Positions 19,673 through 29,022 of a DNA stretch of 64,000 nt are shown piece by piece. The notes beneath the pieces are model-generated. The model was given only the letters and a program-made list of their open reading frames with translations, was not told the origin of the DNA and did not search any database. The position numbers were made by a program, and so were the translations under genes. How positions within the stretch are numbered: the stretch's first letter is position 1; the number at the start of each line of letters is the position of its first letter. The stretch covers positions 4,452 to 68,451 of the forward strand of contig CALCKK010000039.1 of assembly GCA_937966215.1 (NCBI GenBank). Direction: 5' to 3'. The stretch is from an uncultured Collinsella sp. GTDB lineage: Bacteria; Actinomycetota; Coriobacteriia; Coriobacteriales; Coriobacteriaceae.

Positions 19673-20284
19673 ATGAACCACGTTAAACACGTTATTCCGA
19701 TGTCCGATTCGTCGGTCAGTATTAAGCCTGAGGATATTCAGCCCACGGTGCTACCCGATGCATTCATTCAGTCCGATATCGTGCGTAAACTCAATACGTT
19801 GAGTCTGCCGCGCTATAACCAGTTGCCCAATGTGACGCTCTACCGCGACCAGGTCATTGAGTATGTTGCGCTGTGGATGGAGCCGCTGTCCATTTGCGTT
19901 GAGCACCCTGTCATTACGCCATCGATGATCAATAACTACGTGAAGGTCGGCCTGGTGCCTGCTCCGGTCAAAAAGCAATATGGCCGCGAGCAGATTGCCC
20001 GCCTGATCGCTATCTGCCTCTTTAAGCAGGTGTTACCTATTGCTGCGGTGCAGGCACTCTTTAACATTCAGCGTTTGAGCTACGATGCCCCGACGGCCTT
20101 CGATTATGTGGTCGATCAGCTCGAGGCATCGATTCGTTCGGCGTTTTCCGTCGAGCAGACGCCGGTTCCCGATACGGCGCATCAGGTAACGCGTGAGTCG
20201 CTGCTTGTGCGCAGTGCGGTTTCATCCTTCGTTTCGAAGGCGTACCTGATGAGCTATCTAAAGTTTAATGGGTTTAATAGCTAG
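19673..20284 (+). CDS. DUF1836 domain protein
   Basis: YRDQVIEYV...PSMINNYVKVGLVPAPVKKQYGREQIARLIAICLFKQVL resembles DUF1836 (assigned from memory). The ATG at 19673 follows ggagg, and the gene is paired convergently with degV. Confidence 0.65.
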   Translation: MNHVKHVIPMSDSSVSIKPEDIQPTVLPDAFIQSDIVRKLNTLSLPRYNQLPNVTLYRDQVIEYVALWMEPLSICVEHPVITPSMINNYVKVGLVPAPVKKQYGREQIARLIAICLFKQVLPIAAVQALFNIQRLSYDAPTAFDYVVDQLEASIRSAFSVEQTPVPDTAHQVTRESLLVRSAVSSFVSKAYLMSYLKFNGFNS

Positions 20285-20357
20285 CCGACGTATAAAACGG
20301 GCGGAGCAAAGGGTCATCTGTCACTTTGTCCCGCCCGTATTTTTGCTTGGTTGGACT

Positions 20358-21224
20358 TTATTGGCCCGAAGCCACGTCCATGCCGTAGCCGATAATAAGA
20401 CCGTGCATCTCGGCGTAATAGGAATCCAGGCCGTTGCAGGGCATGATGATAGTCTTGGAGCCGGGCCAGCGCTCCACAATGCGGCTGGCAAGTGCCTGGG
20501 CGCCTGCCTCATTCTCGACATGGTCGATGACGACCTCGCCGCCCGTAAAACCCTCGGCTTCCATGGTGTCGATGATCTTGTTGAACATCTTCTTTTCGCC
20601 ACGCGTGTGTCCGACGAGTTCGATTTTACCGGCCTCACTCGCCGTGCCCAAAATGCGAATATTGAGCTTGTTGGCAATGACGCCGGCTGCCTTAGGGATA
20701 CGTCCGGCTTTGGCCAGGTTTTCGTAATTGCACAAGCTGAAGAGGATTTTGCTGTTCTGCTCAAGGCTATTGAAGTATGCGCAAGCGTCCTCGAATGAGA
20801 CATCCGGATTGCTTGCAAGATACCGGTCGAACAGCAGTAAGATCAGGTCCATTTTGCCGCCGGCTCCGCGTGAATTGACCAAATGAATTTGACGGTTCGG
20901 CTCCTCGGCAAGAACCAAATCGCGTGCCGTGGCGGCGGCGTTATAGCTCCCCGATACGCCCTCCGAGATGGGCATACAAATCGTCTTGTCGGCAAGCCTA
21001 AAGAGTTCGGTCCACTCGCCTACGCTCGGACAGGCGCTCGAAGAAGCGCTCGACTCCGCCTGCACGGCGCAATTGAGTTCGTGAACGTCGAGCGTGAGGT
21101 CATCGACGAACTCGCGCTCCCCCACTCGAATTTTGAGGGGTGCAAATGCAAAGGTGGTATGGGGCGCGGTCGGTTGCCAATCGCGGAGGTTACAGCTCGA
21201 ATCGGAGATAAGTGCCCAGCTCAT
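20358..21224 (-). CDS. DegV family fatty-acid-binding protein
   Basis: SWALISDSSCNL at the N-terminus, ...SGSYNAA... and a length of 288 aa are typical of the DegV/EDD fold family. Confidence 0.88.
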   Translation of the reverse strand: MSWALISDSSCNLRDWQPTAPHTTFAFAPLKIRVGEREFVDDLTLDVHELNCAVQAESSASSSACPSVGEWTELFRLADKTICMPISEGVSGSYNAAATARDLVLAEEPNRQIHLVNSRGAGGKMDLILLLFDRYLASNPDVSFEDACAYFNSLEQNSKILFSLCNYENLAKAGRIPKAAGVIANKLNIRILGTASEAGKIELVGHTRGEKKMFNKIIDTMEAEGFTGGEVVIDHVENEAGAQALASRIVERWPGSKTIIMPCNGLDSYYAEMHGLIIGYGMDVASGQ

Positions 21225-21334
21225 AGAGGGTCCTTTCTATATGCTTCTCAATCATTATAGCTATATTGCTCACCGATGAAGCGTGCTTCTAGTATTGAAA
21301 ACTAGCACATTAGGATCATGTATGGAGCACGGTC

Positions 21335-21375
21335 ATAAATAAATGAACCTCGCAGCTCAAAGGCCACGAGGTTCA
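21335..21375 (-). terminator. Terminator after the NlpC/P60 gene
   Basis: tgaacctcg (21344-21352) pairs with cgaggttca (21367-21375). On the minus strand the stem is followed by tttattta. Confidence 0.6.
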
Positions 21376-21399
21376 CCTTCGTTCGCTATACAGAGTGAC

Positions 21400-22521
21400 T
21401 TAGTAGCGCACGAAAATGTAGTTGTTGTTCATACCGGCTGCGACGGAACTGATGATGACGCCCGTTTTGTAGTCGGAAGCATGGATCATCTGACCATTAC
21501 CGATATAGATGCCGGTATGGTAGGAGTTAACCACAACATCGCCGGGTTGCGGATCGGACACACGGGTCCAACCCATGAAGTCGACCGTGGTGCCCAGACG
21601 GCAGTAGCGTCCCGTGAGGCAATAGCTTACAAAACCGGAGCAGTCAAAGCTGTTCGGCCCAATGCCACCCCAAGAGTAAGCGTATCCGAGCTTGCTATAG
21701 GCACGCGAAACAACGGAACCGCCGTCAACGGACTGGCTCGGTGCGGAAGGCGTCGGAGCCGGAGCCGGAGCCGGAGCGGGCGTCGGGGGCTGCGGAGTGG
21801 GAGCGGGCGCGGGCGTGTTTCCGCCGCCGTCGTTGGTCGTACCGCCACCCTTGTTGGTGTTCTCGCTCGTACCGGCGGTGTCGTTGCTCACCGTGGCCTT
21901 TTCGGCGGTGCTAGCATTTATGCCAGCCTGCAGCGCGGCGTTGGCCTGGGCCTCGGCAGCAAGCTCGGCCTGCAACTGTGAATCCAGGGAGTTCACGACA
22001 CTCTGGGCTTCAGCCTGCTGGGCGTTAAGCTCATCGACCTTCTTTTGCGTGGTGGCGACGTTCTTCTCCTGCTCGGCCTGCTTATCGGTGAGCTGCTGCT
22101 TAAGCTCCTTGACCTCTTGAATGGTCTGAGCCTGCTTATCGGAAACTTTGCCGTAGTAGAACAGACGGTTGAGCATATCGCTCAGGTCATCGACGCCGGT
22201 CAGAACCTGAAGCAGGCTCAGACCGCCGGTTTTGTACTCGCCGGCGACATAGGTCGAGAGCTTGGCCTGACCGTCAGCGATCTCCTGCTGCTTTTGCGTG
22301 ATCTCGCCAGCAGTCTGATCGAGCGCCTGCGTCTGCGTGGCGAGCTCATCGTAAATCTGCTGGGTTTGGGTACCGATCTGCTCGAGCTTCGTACGAGCAG
22401 CGGCAAGGTCGGATGCGGTATCGGCGTAGGCAGGAGCCGCGAGGCCCAAGCCCAAAACACAAGCGAGGGTTGCCGTAGCAGCGCAGCGTGCCATGTTTTT
22501 GTGCGTGTTTGCTGTGCGCAT
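21400..22521 (-). CDS. Secreted NlpC/P60 (C40) peptidoglycan endopeptidase with coiled-coil N-domain
   Basis: Signal peptide, a long Gln/Ala/Glu coiled coil, a Pro/Ala/Thr linker and a C-terminal NlpC/P60 domain (FDCSGFVSY catalytic Cys; SYHTGIYIGNGQMIHAS). Confidence 0.87.
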   Translation of the reverse strand: MRTANTHKNMARCAATATLACVLGLGLAAPAYADTASDLAAARTKLEQIGTQTQQIYDELATQTQALDQTAGEITQKQQEIADGQAKLSTYVAGEYKTGGLSLLQVLTGVDDLSDMLNRLFYYGKVSDKQAQTIQEVKELKQQLTDKQAEQEKNVATTQKKVDELNAQQAEAQSVVNSLDSQLQAELAAEAQANAALQAGINASTAEKATVSNDTAGTSENTNKGGGTTNDGGGNTPAPAPTPQPPTPAPAPAPAPTPSAPSQSVDGGSVVSRAYSKLGYAYSWGGIGPNSFDCSGFVSYCLTGRYCRLGTTVDFMGWTRVSDPQPGDVVVNSYHTGIYIGNGQMIHASDYKTGVIISSVAAGMNNNYIFVRY

Positions 22522-22553
22522 GTAGCTTCCTTTCCAGTAACTAAGGGTAACGG

Positions 22554-23084
22554 CTAGTCCACCGTCACCAGGCTAAAGAGCTCAACATCGTCGTCAGTCG
22601 GCGTGAGCTTCTCGCGCGGGTTGAGAAACGCAAGCTCAAGGATACACCCGTAGCCCACAAGCTTTGCGCCCATATCTCGCACAAGTTTACCTGTTGCCTC
22701 GACGGTTCCGCCCGTCGCGACCAAGTCGTCCAGAATCAACACGGTATCTTTAGAGGTAATGGCATCGGCATGGATCTCGATAGAGTCGGTGCCGTATTCG
22801 AGCTCATAGCTCTGGCTCACCGTCTTGCGGGGTAGCTTGCCCGGTTTACGTGCGGGAACAAAGCCGGCACCAAGGGCCACAGCCACCGGTACGCCAACCA
22901 TAAAGCCACGGGCCTCGGGACCCACGACCTTGGTGATCCCCATGCCGGCAAAGTGCTCGGCGAGGGCATCGGTCATGGCTTTGAGCGCCTCGGGATTGCC
23001 AAAGAGCGGCGTAATGTCTTTGAAGATGACTCCGGGCTCGGGATAGTCGGGGATGTCGACGATTTGAGATTCGAAGTCGTACAT
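22554..23084 (-). CDS. apt: Adenine phosphoribosyltransferase
   Basis: MYDFESQIVDIPDYPEPGVIFKDITPLF and PRPP motif VLILDDLVATGGT. Start at Met29 of the tracked ORF (ATG 23084). Confidence 0.93.
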   Translation of the reverse strand: MYDFESQIVDIPDYPEPGVIFKDITPLFGNPEALKAMTDALAEHFAGMGITKVVGPEARGFMVGVPVAVALGAGFVPARKPGKLPRKTVSQSYELEYGTDSIEIHADAITSKDTVLILDDLVATGGTVEATGKLVRDMGAKLVGYGCILELAFLNPREKLTPTDDDVELFSLVTVD

Positions 23085-23124
23085 TGCATGACCTTTCAAT
23101 GGGTTGCCGGATAAGCGGTAGCTG

Positions 23125-24003
23125 TTATTTGCCCGCGGTGACAGTGTCGGATTGCGAAGGGGCGACAACCTTGAGCGGCTTTACGAGAGAATCCTCGTGT
23201 GAAGCCGGCGCGGCAGTTTCTTCGTTTTTGGCCTTGGTGGACTCGGAGCGAGCGATTTCTTCATCGAGTGCATCGATGTCGGCGTCCTCGACCACGGCGT
23301 TGAGCGACTCAAAAACGCGGTTCTTGAGCAGCGCAGTGTGCACACCCTCGGTCAGGTCGTGAAGCTTCTTAAACGCACGCTCGAGCTTGGCGTCGCGCTC
23401 GTCATCGGAGGTATCCATTCCGAGCATGCTCACGAGCACCTGCTCAAACATCGAGGACTCACGGTTGGCGGAAGACACGTACTGACGCAGGTTGCGGGGC
23501 TCGATATGGAAGCGTGACAGCTCGGAGCAGTAGCGGATGATTGGAAAATCGCGACCATCGACGAGCTCACGATTCTGCGGACTCTTGATGATGCGAATGA
23601 GGTCGTTCTCGGCGAGCGAGCGGATAAACGAAATCTCGACGCCCAGCATATCGGGAATGGTCTCAATGGGATGCAGCTTTTGCTTAGTCTCCTTGGGCTC
23701 CGTCTTGAGCGGAACATCGGACAGCAAGCCCACCTCGTAAGCGAGCGTTGACAGGTCCGTGGCGTTTTCCAAGCGCTGCTTAATCACGTTGAGCGGCATG
23801 TAGCGGGTCTTCTGCAAGTGCAGGATGACCTCCAGGCGATCAACGTCCTCCTTAGAGTACTGACGGTATCCCTTAGGCGTACGATGAGGGGTAATGAGCC
23901 CCTCATCTTCTAGAAATCTAATTTTTGAGTTCGAAAGATCGGGGTATGCGCCTCGAAGTAGGTTGACGACTTGGCCGATACTCAGATAGTTGCGTTCGGC
24001 CAT
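23125..24003 (-). CDS. MerR-family transcriptional regulator (actinobacterial FHA-linked type)
   Basis: The HTH YLSIGQVVNLL...IRFLEDEGLITPHRTPKGYRQYSKEDVDRLEVIL is present. The gene is adjacent to an FHA protein and a CDP-alcohol transferase, as in the mycobacterial garA-MerR neighbourhood. Confidence 0.83.
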   Translation of the reverse strand: MAERNYLSIGQVVNLLRGAYPDLSNSKIRFLEDEGLITPHRTPKGYRQYSKEDVDRLEVILHLQKTRYMPLNVIKQRLENATDLSTLAYEVGLLSDVPLKTEPKETKQKLHPIETIPDMLGVEISFIRSLAENDLIRIIKSPQNRELVDGRDFPIIRYCSELSRFHIEPRNLRQYVSSANRESSMFEQVLVSMLGMDTSDDERDAKLERAFKKLHDLTEGVHTALLKNRVFESLNAVVEDADIDALDEEIARSESTKAKNEETAAPASHEDSLVKPLKVVAPSQSDTVTAGK

Positions 24004-24006
24004 GCC

Positions 24007-24474
24007 CTACTCACCGGTTTCGATGCGCTCCGGCGTGCTCTCGTGGTAGATGAGCGTAAACGTACCGATCTGGACAGAAGAACCGTCGTGCAGCGGGGCT
24101 GCATTGACGATGGCACCGTCGACCCAGGTGCCATTGAGCGAGCCCAGGTCCTCAATGCGAGCGCCGAGGCCCTCGCGAATAATGCGCGCGTGGCTACGCG
24201 AAACGGTCATGTCATTGAGGAAGATGCCGTTCGCAGGATCGCGGCCGATGGTGGTCACGTCGTCCTCGAGCTCAAAGGCGGCACCAGTCTGCGGACCCTT
24301 GACGATGGACAGAACGGGTGCGGTGATGCGCACGTTGGCCATGAGGTCGGGAACGGTGACGTCGCTTGAAGGCACGCGGAATACGCAGGTAGCGTCAGCG
24401 GCCTTATCATTCTGAGGCATATTGTTAACCATGTTGTCCATGACAACCCCTAACTTATCGCGGACGTGCCGCAA
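24007..24474 (-). CDS. FHA-domain protein (GarA/OdhI-like)
   Basis: FHA core TIGRDPANGIFLNDMTVSRSHARI...GSLNGTWVDG with a short N-terminal tail. Confidence 0.85.
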   Translation of the reverse strand: MRHVRDKLGVVMDNMVNNMPQNDKAADATCVFRVPSSDVTVPDLMANVRITAPVLSIVKGPQTGAAFELEDDVTTIGRDPANGIFLNDMTVSRSHARIIREGLGARIEDLGSLNGTWVDGAIVNAAPLHDGSSVQIGTFTLIYHESTPERIETGE

Positions 24475-24507
24475 ATAATGAACCGTACGTAATCATACCC
24501 CAACGAA

Positions 24508-25302
24508 TCAGTCTTCGATTTCAGGGTTCAGAAAGTCGATGTCCTCGTCCTCGGGATGCGCGAGAGCCTGTTTAATGGCCACTCCGCCCTTAATGGAATA
24601 GATGACAGCCGTGAGCATGGAGAAGATCACGCCGCCGTACACAAAGAAGATGCCGAGGGGCACCGAGCTTCCGTTGAGGCCCGGGAAGGCCGTAAGGGTT
24701 GAAGGTAAAAGATGCAGGCCGTCGATAACGGGGAACCCGAGCAGCATGAGCGAGAAGCCGGTCATGAGCAGTGCAGTGGCAATCTTTCCGGGAAAGACGA
24801 CATCGATGGGGCGACGGTGATAATGACGAACGATAAGCGTGCCGATGCCCAGATAGATGTCGCGGCCAATAATGAGCACGCAGACCCAGATGGGCAGCTC
24901 TCCGCGGACCACCAGCCCAAGTACGCCGGTGAACAGCAGCGCACGGTCGCAGATGGGGTCCATGACCTTGCCGAGCCACGAGACCGTCTTGGTCATGCGG
25001 GCGATCTGACCGTCCATCCAGTCGGTAGAGGCGGCAACGGCGTAGATAACGATGGCGATGACGCGGTTGTTATCCGTCACAAACAGGTACAGAAATACCA
25101 GAGTGAGGATCAGGCGCGTAAAGGTGATGAAATTGGAGATCGTAAAGATCTTATTCGACGGGTAATCGGAAGTGCCGATAAGCTCCTTTTTGATCTTCTT
25201 TTTGATGCCCACAGGACTCCCCCGCTGGTTAACGACAAAACTTTCGCTACTATACCCGTTCCGGCGATGTCTATCCAGCGTAAGCATAGAGAGTCCAGAC
25301 AT
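24508..25302 (-). CDS. CDP-alcohol phosphatidyltransferase family protein
   Basis: Motif DWMDGQIARMTKTVSWLGKVMDPICDR (DG-x2-AR...G-x3-D-x3-D) and about six TM helices. The true start is probably downstream of the tracked start. Confidence 0.8.
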   Translation of the reverse strand: MSGLSMLTLDRHRRNGYSSESFVVNQRGSPVGIKKKIKKELIGTSDYPSNKIFTISNFITFTRLILTLVFLYLFVTDNNRVIAIVIYAVAASTDWMDGQIARMTKTVSWLGKVMDPICDRALLFTGVLGLVVRGELPIWVCVLIIGRDIYLGIGTLIVRHYHRRPIDVVFPGKIATALLMTGFSLMLLGFPVIDGLHLLPSTLTAFPGLNGSSVPLGIFFVYGGVIFSMLTAVIYSIKGGVAIKQALAHPEDEDIDFLNPEIED

Positions 25303-25608
25303 GAGGAAGGCGCTTTTGGGCGGCGGTGGATTTCACATTCGTGTACATCAGCCTCCAAACATGCCGAAAAATGTCGGTTTTGGAGGGTGATGTACACGTT
25401 TTGATTCGGTGATTACATCGATCGGGAAAGTTGTTGCCTTAAGCAAATTAATCATGATGTGCGGGTCGAGAAGGGTTGGCGCCAAAAGAACCCAACGGCC
25501 GTTATGGCTTCGTTAGAAACGCGCCCCACCATGGATGGTGAACCCGAAAGGTAAGGCGCGCGGGCACGGTGACTCGGCCCGCGCTCCCGGAAGAGAAAGG
25601 ATAAACCC

Positions 25609-26338
25609 ATGGGTTACATGCTCGAGACGCGTGGGCTCACCAAGCGCTTCGGCCGCGGCGACCAGGCGCAGGACGCCGTGGCCGACGTGAGCCTTCATAT
25701 CCGCGAGGGCGAGGTGTACGGGCTGCTCGGTCCCAACGGCGCCGGCAAGTCGACAACGCTCAAGATGATCTGCGGGATGCTGCGGCCGACGGCCGGGGAG
25801 ATCCTCTTTGCCGGGCACGCCTGGCGCCGCGAGGACCTCTACGCAATCGGCAGCCTCATCGAGGAGGCGCCGCTCTACCCCAACCTCACCGCGCGCGAGA
25901 ACCTGCGCGTGCGCACCACGCTGCTGGGCCTTCCCGAGAGCCGCATAGATGAGGTGCTCGCCGCCGTGGACCTCGCGGACACCGGGAAGAAGCGCGCCGG
26001 GCGCTTCTCGATGGGGATGCGGCAGCGCCTGGGGCTCGCGTTGGCGCTGATCGCCCGGCCACGCCTGCTCGTGCTCGACGAGCCCACCAACGGCCTCGAC
26101 CCCATCGGCATCGAGGAACTGCGCGACCAGATCCGCGGCTTCGCGGCGGCGGGTACGACGGTGATCGTCTCGAGCCACATCCTTTCCGAGGTGCAGCAGA
26201 TGGCGGACACCATCGGCATCATCTGCGGGGGGGCGCCTCGCCTACGAGGATGCGCTTCGTCCCGGGCAGGACCTCGAGGAACTCTTCATGAGCTTCTGCC
26301 GGGAAGGGCGACGAGCGCGCGGGGAGGTGGCGGCATGA
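25609..26338 (+). pseudogene. ABC transporter ATP-binding protein (LanF/BcrA-like), frame broken at a G7 run
   Basis: Walker [10 protein letters not shown], signature FSMGMRQR and Walker B LLVLDEPTNGLD are present. After GGGGGGG (26227-26233) the expected C-terminus RLAYEDALRPGQDLEELFMSFC...* is in the +1 frame. As sequenced, the frame reads through into the permease. Confidence 0.8.
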
Positions 26339-27105
26339 CGGGCGAGAAAGGCGGCCTGCTTGCGGCCCTGCGCGCCGAGGCCCTGAAGTCGCGCCACGCG
26401 GCACCGGTTCGCCTGGCCGTGCTCATGGCGCTGCCGATGCCGCTGCTCGGCGCGATGCCCTACCGGGGCGTGCAGATCTTCAGCGCGTGGAACTACTGGT
26501 ACGCGCTCTTCCTGCCCGTGTCTCTCTCGCTCGTGGTGGCGTGCGTCGCGCGGGCGGACGCGCGCACGCGGATGCGGGGGCTTCTGGGCCTGGGCTTCCC
26601 GCTCGGGCGCGCCTGGTGGGCCAAGGCGCTCTGGTGCCTCGCGCTCTGCACGCTCTCGAACCTCGTGGTCTTCGGCATCTACCTCGCGGGATCGGCGTTC
26701 TCCTCGCAGGGTCTCACGGCCGCGGGCACGCTCACGATGCTCCTCTGCGCGCTCGCCAACACGGTGACCGCGGCGTGGATGATCCCCGCAGGGCTCTTCC
26801 TCACGGCGAGGCTCGGCATGCTCGCGGGCATCTTCTGCCCGCTCGCCGCGCAACTCGTAGGTGGGTTCGCCTGGTCGTTGGTGCCGCTGCCGCAGCTCTT
26901 TCCGCCGTCGGCGAACATGGTCATCCCCACGAGCTTCATCCCCGTGCTGCCGAGCGGCGAGCCGCTCGCGGCGGACATGGCGCTCGGCGAGGCGCTCGCG
27001 TCGGACGGCATGCTCACGCTGGCGGGCCTTGCGGTCTGCGCGCTCGCGTTCGCCGCGCTCACGGCGGCGGGCGCGGCCTGGTTCGCGCGCTCCGAGGAGA
27101 GGTGA
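26335..27105 (+). CDS. ABC-2 type permease (lantibiotic-immunity MutE/EpiE-like)
   Basis: ATG 26335 forms an ATGA overlap with the native ATPase stop. The product is about 256 aa with six hydrophobic helices. The family was assigned from architecture only. Confidence 0.65.
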   Translation: MTGEKGGLLAALRAEALKSRHAAPVRLAVLMALPMPLLGAMPYRGVQIFSAWNYWYALFLPVSLSLVVACVARADARTRMRGLLGLGFPLGRAWWAKALWCLALCTLSNLVVFGIYLAGSAFSSQGLTAAGTLTMLLCALANTVTAAWMIPAGLFLTARLGMLAGIFCPLAAQLVGGFAWSLVPLPQLFPPSANMVIPTSFIPVLPSGEPLAADMALGEALASDGMLTLAGLAVCALAFAALTAAGAAWFARSEER

Positions 27106-27920
27106 TGGCCATGACACGACTCTCCGACCCGATGCCGCGCATGACTCTCCCGCGGGCCCTGCTCTCCGAGGCCCTGCGCCTGGCGCGCTCCCCGCTCGCG
27201 GCGGTGCACCTCGCCTGCGGCCTGGCAGCCGGTCTTGCCTGCGGCGAGTACTTCTCCGTAACCCGATGGGACCCGGCGCTGGGCGCGGACGCCTACGCCC
27301 AGTTCCTCGGCGCCCTCATGCCGCTCATGTCCGCCATCGTCTGCGGGCTCGCCGTGGACGAGGAGCGCGCTGCCGGGCGCCTCGCCAACCTCACGGCGGT
27401 CCCCTCGCGCGGGCGCGCCGTCGCGGCGAAGTTGCTCGCCCTTGCGGCGCTCGGCGCGGGCGCGCTGGCCGTGGCGCTCGGCGTTTTCGGGGCCGTGCTC
27501 GCCGTCGCCGGGCGCCTGCCGCTCGGGCCCGCTCCGCTTGCGGCCGCCTGGGCGGGCATCGTGCTGGGCAGCCTGCCCCTCTACGCGCTGGGGCTCGGCG
27601 TGGCCCTGCGCCTCGGCCGCAACGCCACCATCGGCGCCGGCGCGGCGGGGATGCTCCTCGCGTTCTTCTCAGTGGGCGGACTTGCGCACGGTCTCATGAC
27701 CGGCGAGCTCACCGGTGCCCTGGCGACGCCCCTGAGCTGGGTGCCGCTCGCCTGGCCCGCGCGCCTGGGGTCGCTCGGGGTGGAGGCCTTCATCGACGCC
27801 GCACGCGCGGCGGGCCCTCTCCTCACGACTGCGCTCGCTGGCCTCGCGTTCACCCTGGCAGCCGCCGCCGTCCTTCTCGCCTGGTTCTGCCGCTTCGAGG
27901 ACGGGAGGGCAGATGCGTAG
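27105..27920 (+). CDS. ABC-2 type permease (MutG/EpiG-like)
   Basis: The ATG overlaps the upstream stop (TGATG). The product is 271 aa and multi-TM, the second permease of an F-E-G arrangement. Confidence 0.65.
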   Translation: MAMTRLSDPMPRMTLPRALLSEALRLARSPLAAVHLACGLAAGLACGEYFSVTRWDPALGADAYAQFLGALMPLMSAIVCGLAVDEERAAGRLANLTAVPSRGRAVAAKLLALAALGAGALAVALGVFGAVLAVAGRLPLGPAPLAAAWAGIVLGSLPLYALGLGVALRLGRNATIGAGAAGMLLAFFSVGGLAHGLMTGELTGALATPLSWVPLAWPARLGSLGVEAFIDAARAAGPLLTTALAGLAFTLAAAAVLLAWFCRFEDGRADA

Positions 27921-28314
27921 GAGGCCGCTCGCCGCCGTGCTCGCCCTCCTCTCCGCAGCGCTCGTCCTGGGCAGGAATGCCCTGCTCGACGCCGGCTGGG
28001 GTTCGGCGCTGCGCTCGATCGCCGACCGCGTGCTGCCCAACCCTGAGATCGCCATGTGGGCGCCCGCGCCCGAGCCCGGCAGCCACGCGAGCTCCTACGC
28101 CGACGCCACCGGGGCGGGGGCAAACTACGTCTACCTGGTGGACGCGGCGGACGACAGAGGCAATGTCCGAGAGCTCCAGCTCATCTTCTTCGGGCGGGAG
28201 TCGGACGGCGAGGGCTGGCTCGAGATCGAGGCGCGCGGCGGCTCGGGCGTGCGCTACCGCGCGTGCGACGCGGCCGAGACACCCGTGGCTGCGCGCAGGG
28301 CTCTGGACCGCTGA
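27913..28314 (+). CDS. Small secreted protein (possibly YxeA/DUF1093-like)
   Basis: Signal peptide MRRRPLAAVLALLSAALVLG and 133 aa. It lies between the ABC permeases and a two-component system. The family guess rests on size, context and memory only. Confidence 0.4.
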   Translation: MRRRPLAAVLALLSAALVLGRNALLDAGWGSALRSIADRVLPNPEIAMWAPAPEPGSHASSYADATGAGANYVYLVDAADDRGNVRELQLIFFGRESDGEGWLEIEARGGSGVRYRACDAAETPVAARRALDR

Positions 28315-28359
28315 GCGCGGCGTTAGTACAATTCCGACGAGAGTTTCAGGAGGTCGAAC

Positions 28360-29022
28360 ATGGCGAGGATACTGGCAGTGGATGATGAACGGGCGATCCT
28401 CGACGCGCTTGCGCGCGTCCTCGGCCGCGACGGCCATGAGGTCGTCAAGGCGGAGGACCCGACGGCGGTCCCGGGGATGGACCTCTCGCGCTTCGACCTC
28501 GTGCTCTGCGACGTCATGATGCCGGGGCTCGACGGCTTCGAGCTCGTGCGGCAGATCCGCCCGGACTTCGACGGCCCCATCGTCTTCCTGACCGCTCGCG
28601 TGGCCGAGGAGGATGCCGTGGCCGCCTACGGCCTGGCCGCCGACGACTACGTCCGCAAGCCCTTCGGGGCCGCGGAGCTGCGCGCCAAGGTCGCGGCCCA
28701 TCTACGCCGTGAGCGCCGGCCGCGCTCGCACGCCCTCTCCTTCGGGGAGGTGCGGATCGACCTCAGGGCGCGCGGCCTCGCCGTGGGCGGCGAGGCCGTG
28801 CCGCTCACGCCCACCGAGTACGCCATCTGCGAGTACCTCGCCCGCCACCCCGGGCAGGTCAAGAGCCGCGCGCAGATACGCGAGGCGGTGCTCGGCTGGG
28901 AGAGCGACGCCGACGACGCGGCCATATCCATGCAGGTCAGTCGCGCCCGGAGGAAACTCTCCGAGGCCGGCGCCGATCCGATCGCGACCGTCTGGGGGAT
29001 GGGGTACAAGTGGCAGCTCTGA
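28360..29022 (+). CDS. OmpR-family response regulator
   Basis: Receiver domain (ILAVDDE, LVLCDVMMPGLDG, KPF) and winged-helix output domain (LTPTEYAICEYL...VWGMGYKW). Confidence 0.92.
   Translation: MARILAVDDERAILDALARVLGRDGHEVVKAEDPTAVPGMDLSRFDLVLCDVMMPGLDGFELVRQIRPDFDGPIVFLTARVAEEDAVAAYGLAADDYVRKPFGAAELRAKVAAHLRRERRPRSHALSFGEVRIDLRARGLAVGGEAVPLTPTEYAICEYLARHPGQVKSRAQIREAVLGWESDADDAAISMQVSRARRKLSEAGADPIATVWGMGYKWQL

Noticed and set aside
25609-27105. The 498-aa ORF as a natural ATPase-permease fusion protein.
   Set aside because: The 36 codons joining the two halves (APRLRGCASSRAGPRGTLHELLPGRATSARGGGG) are low-complexity. The +1 frame encodes a textbook ABC C-terminus ending in an ATGA overlap with the permease start. 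A single-G indel in the G7 run explains the fusion.
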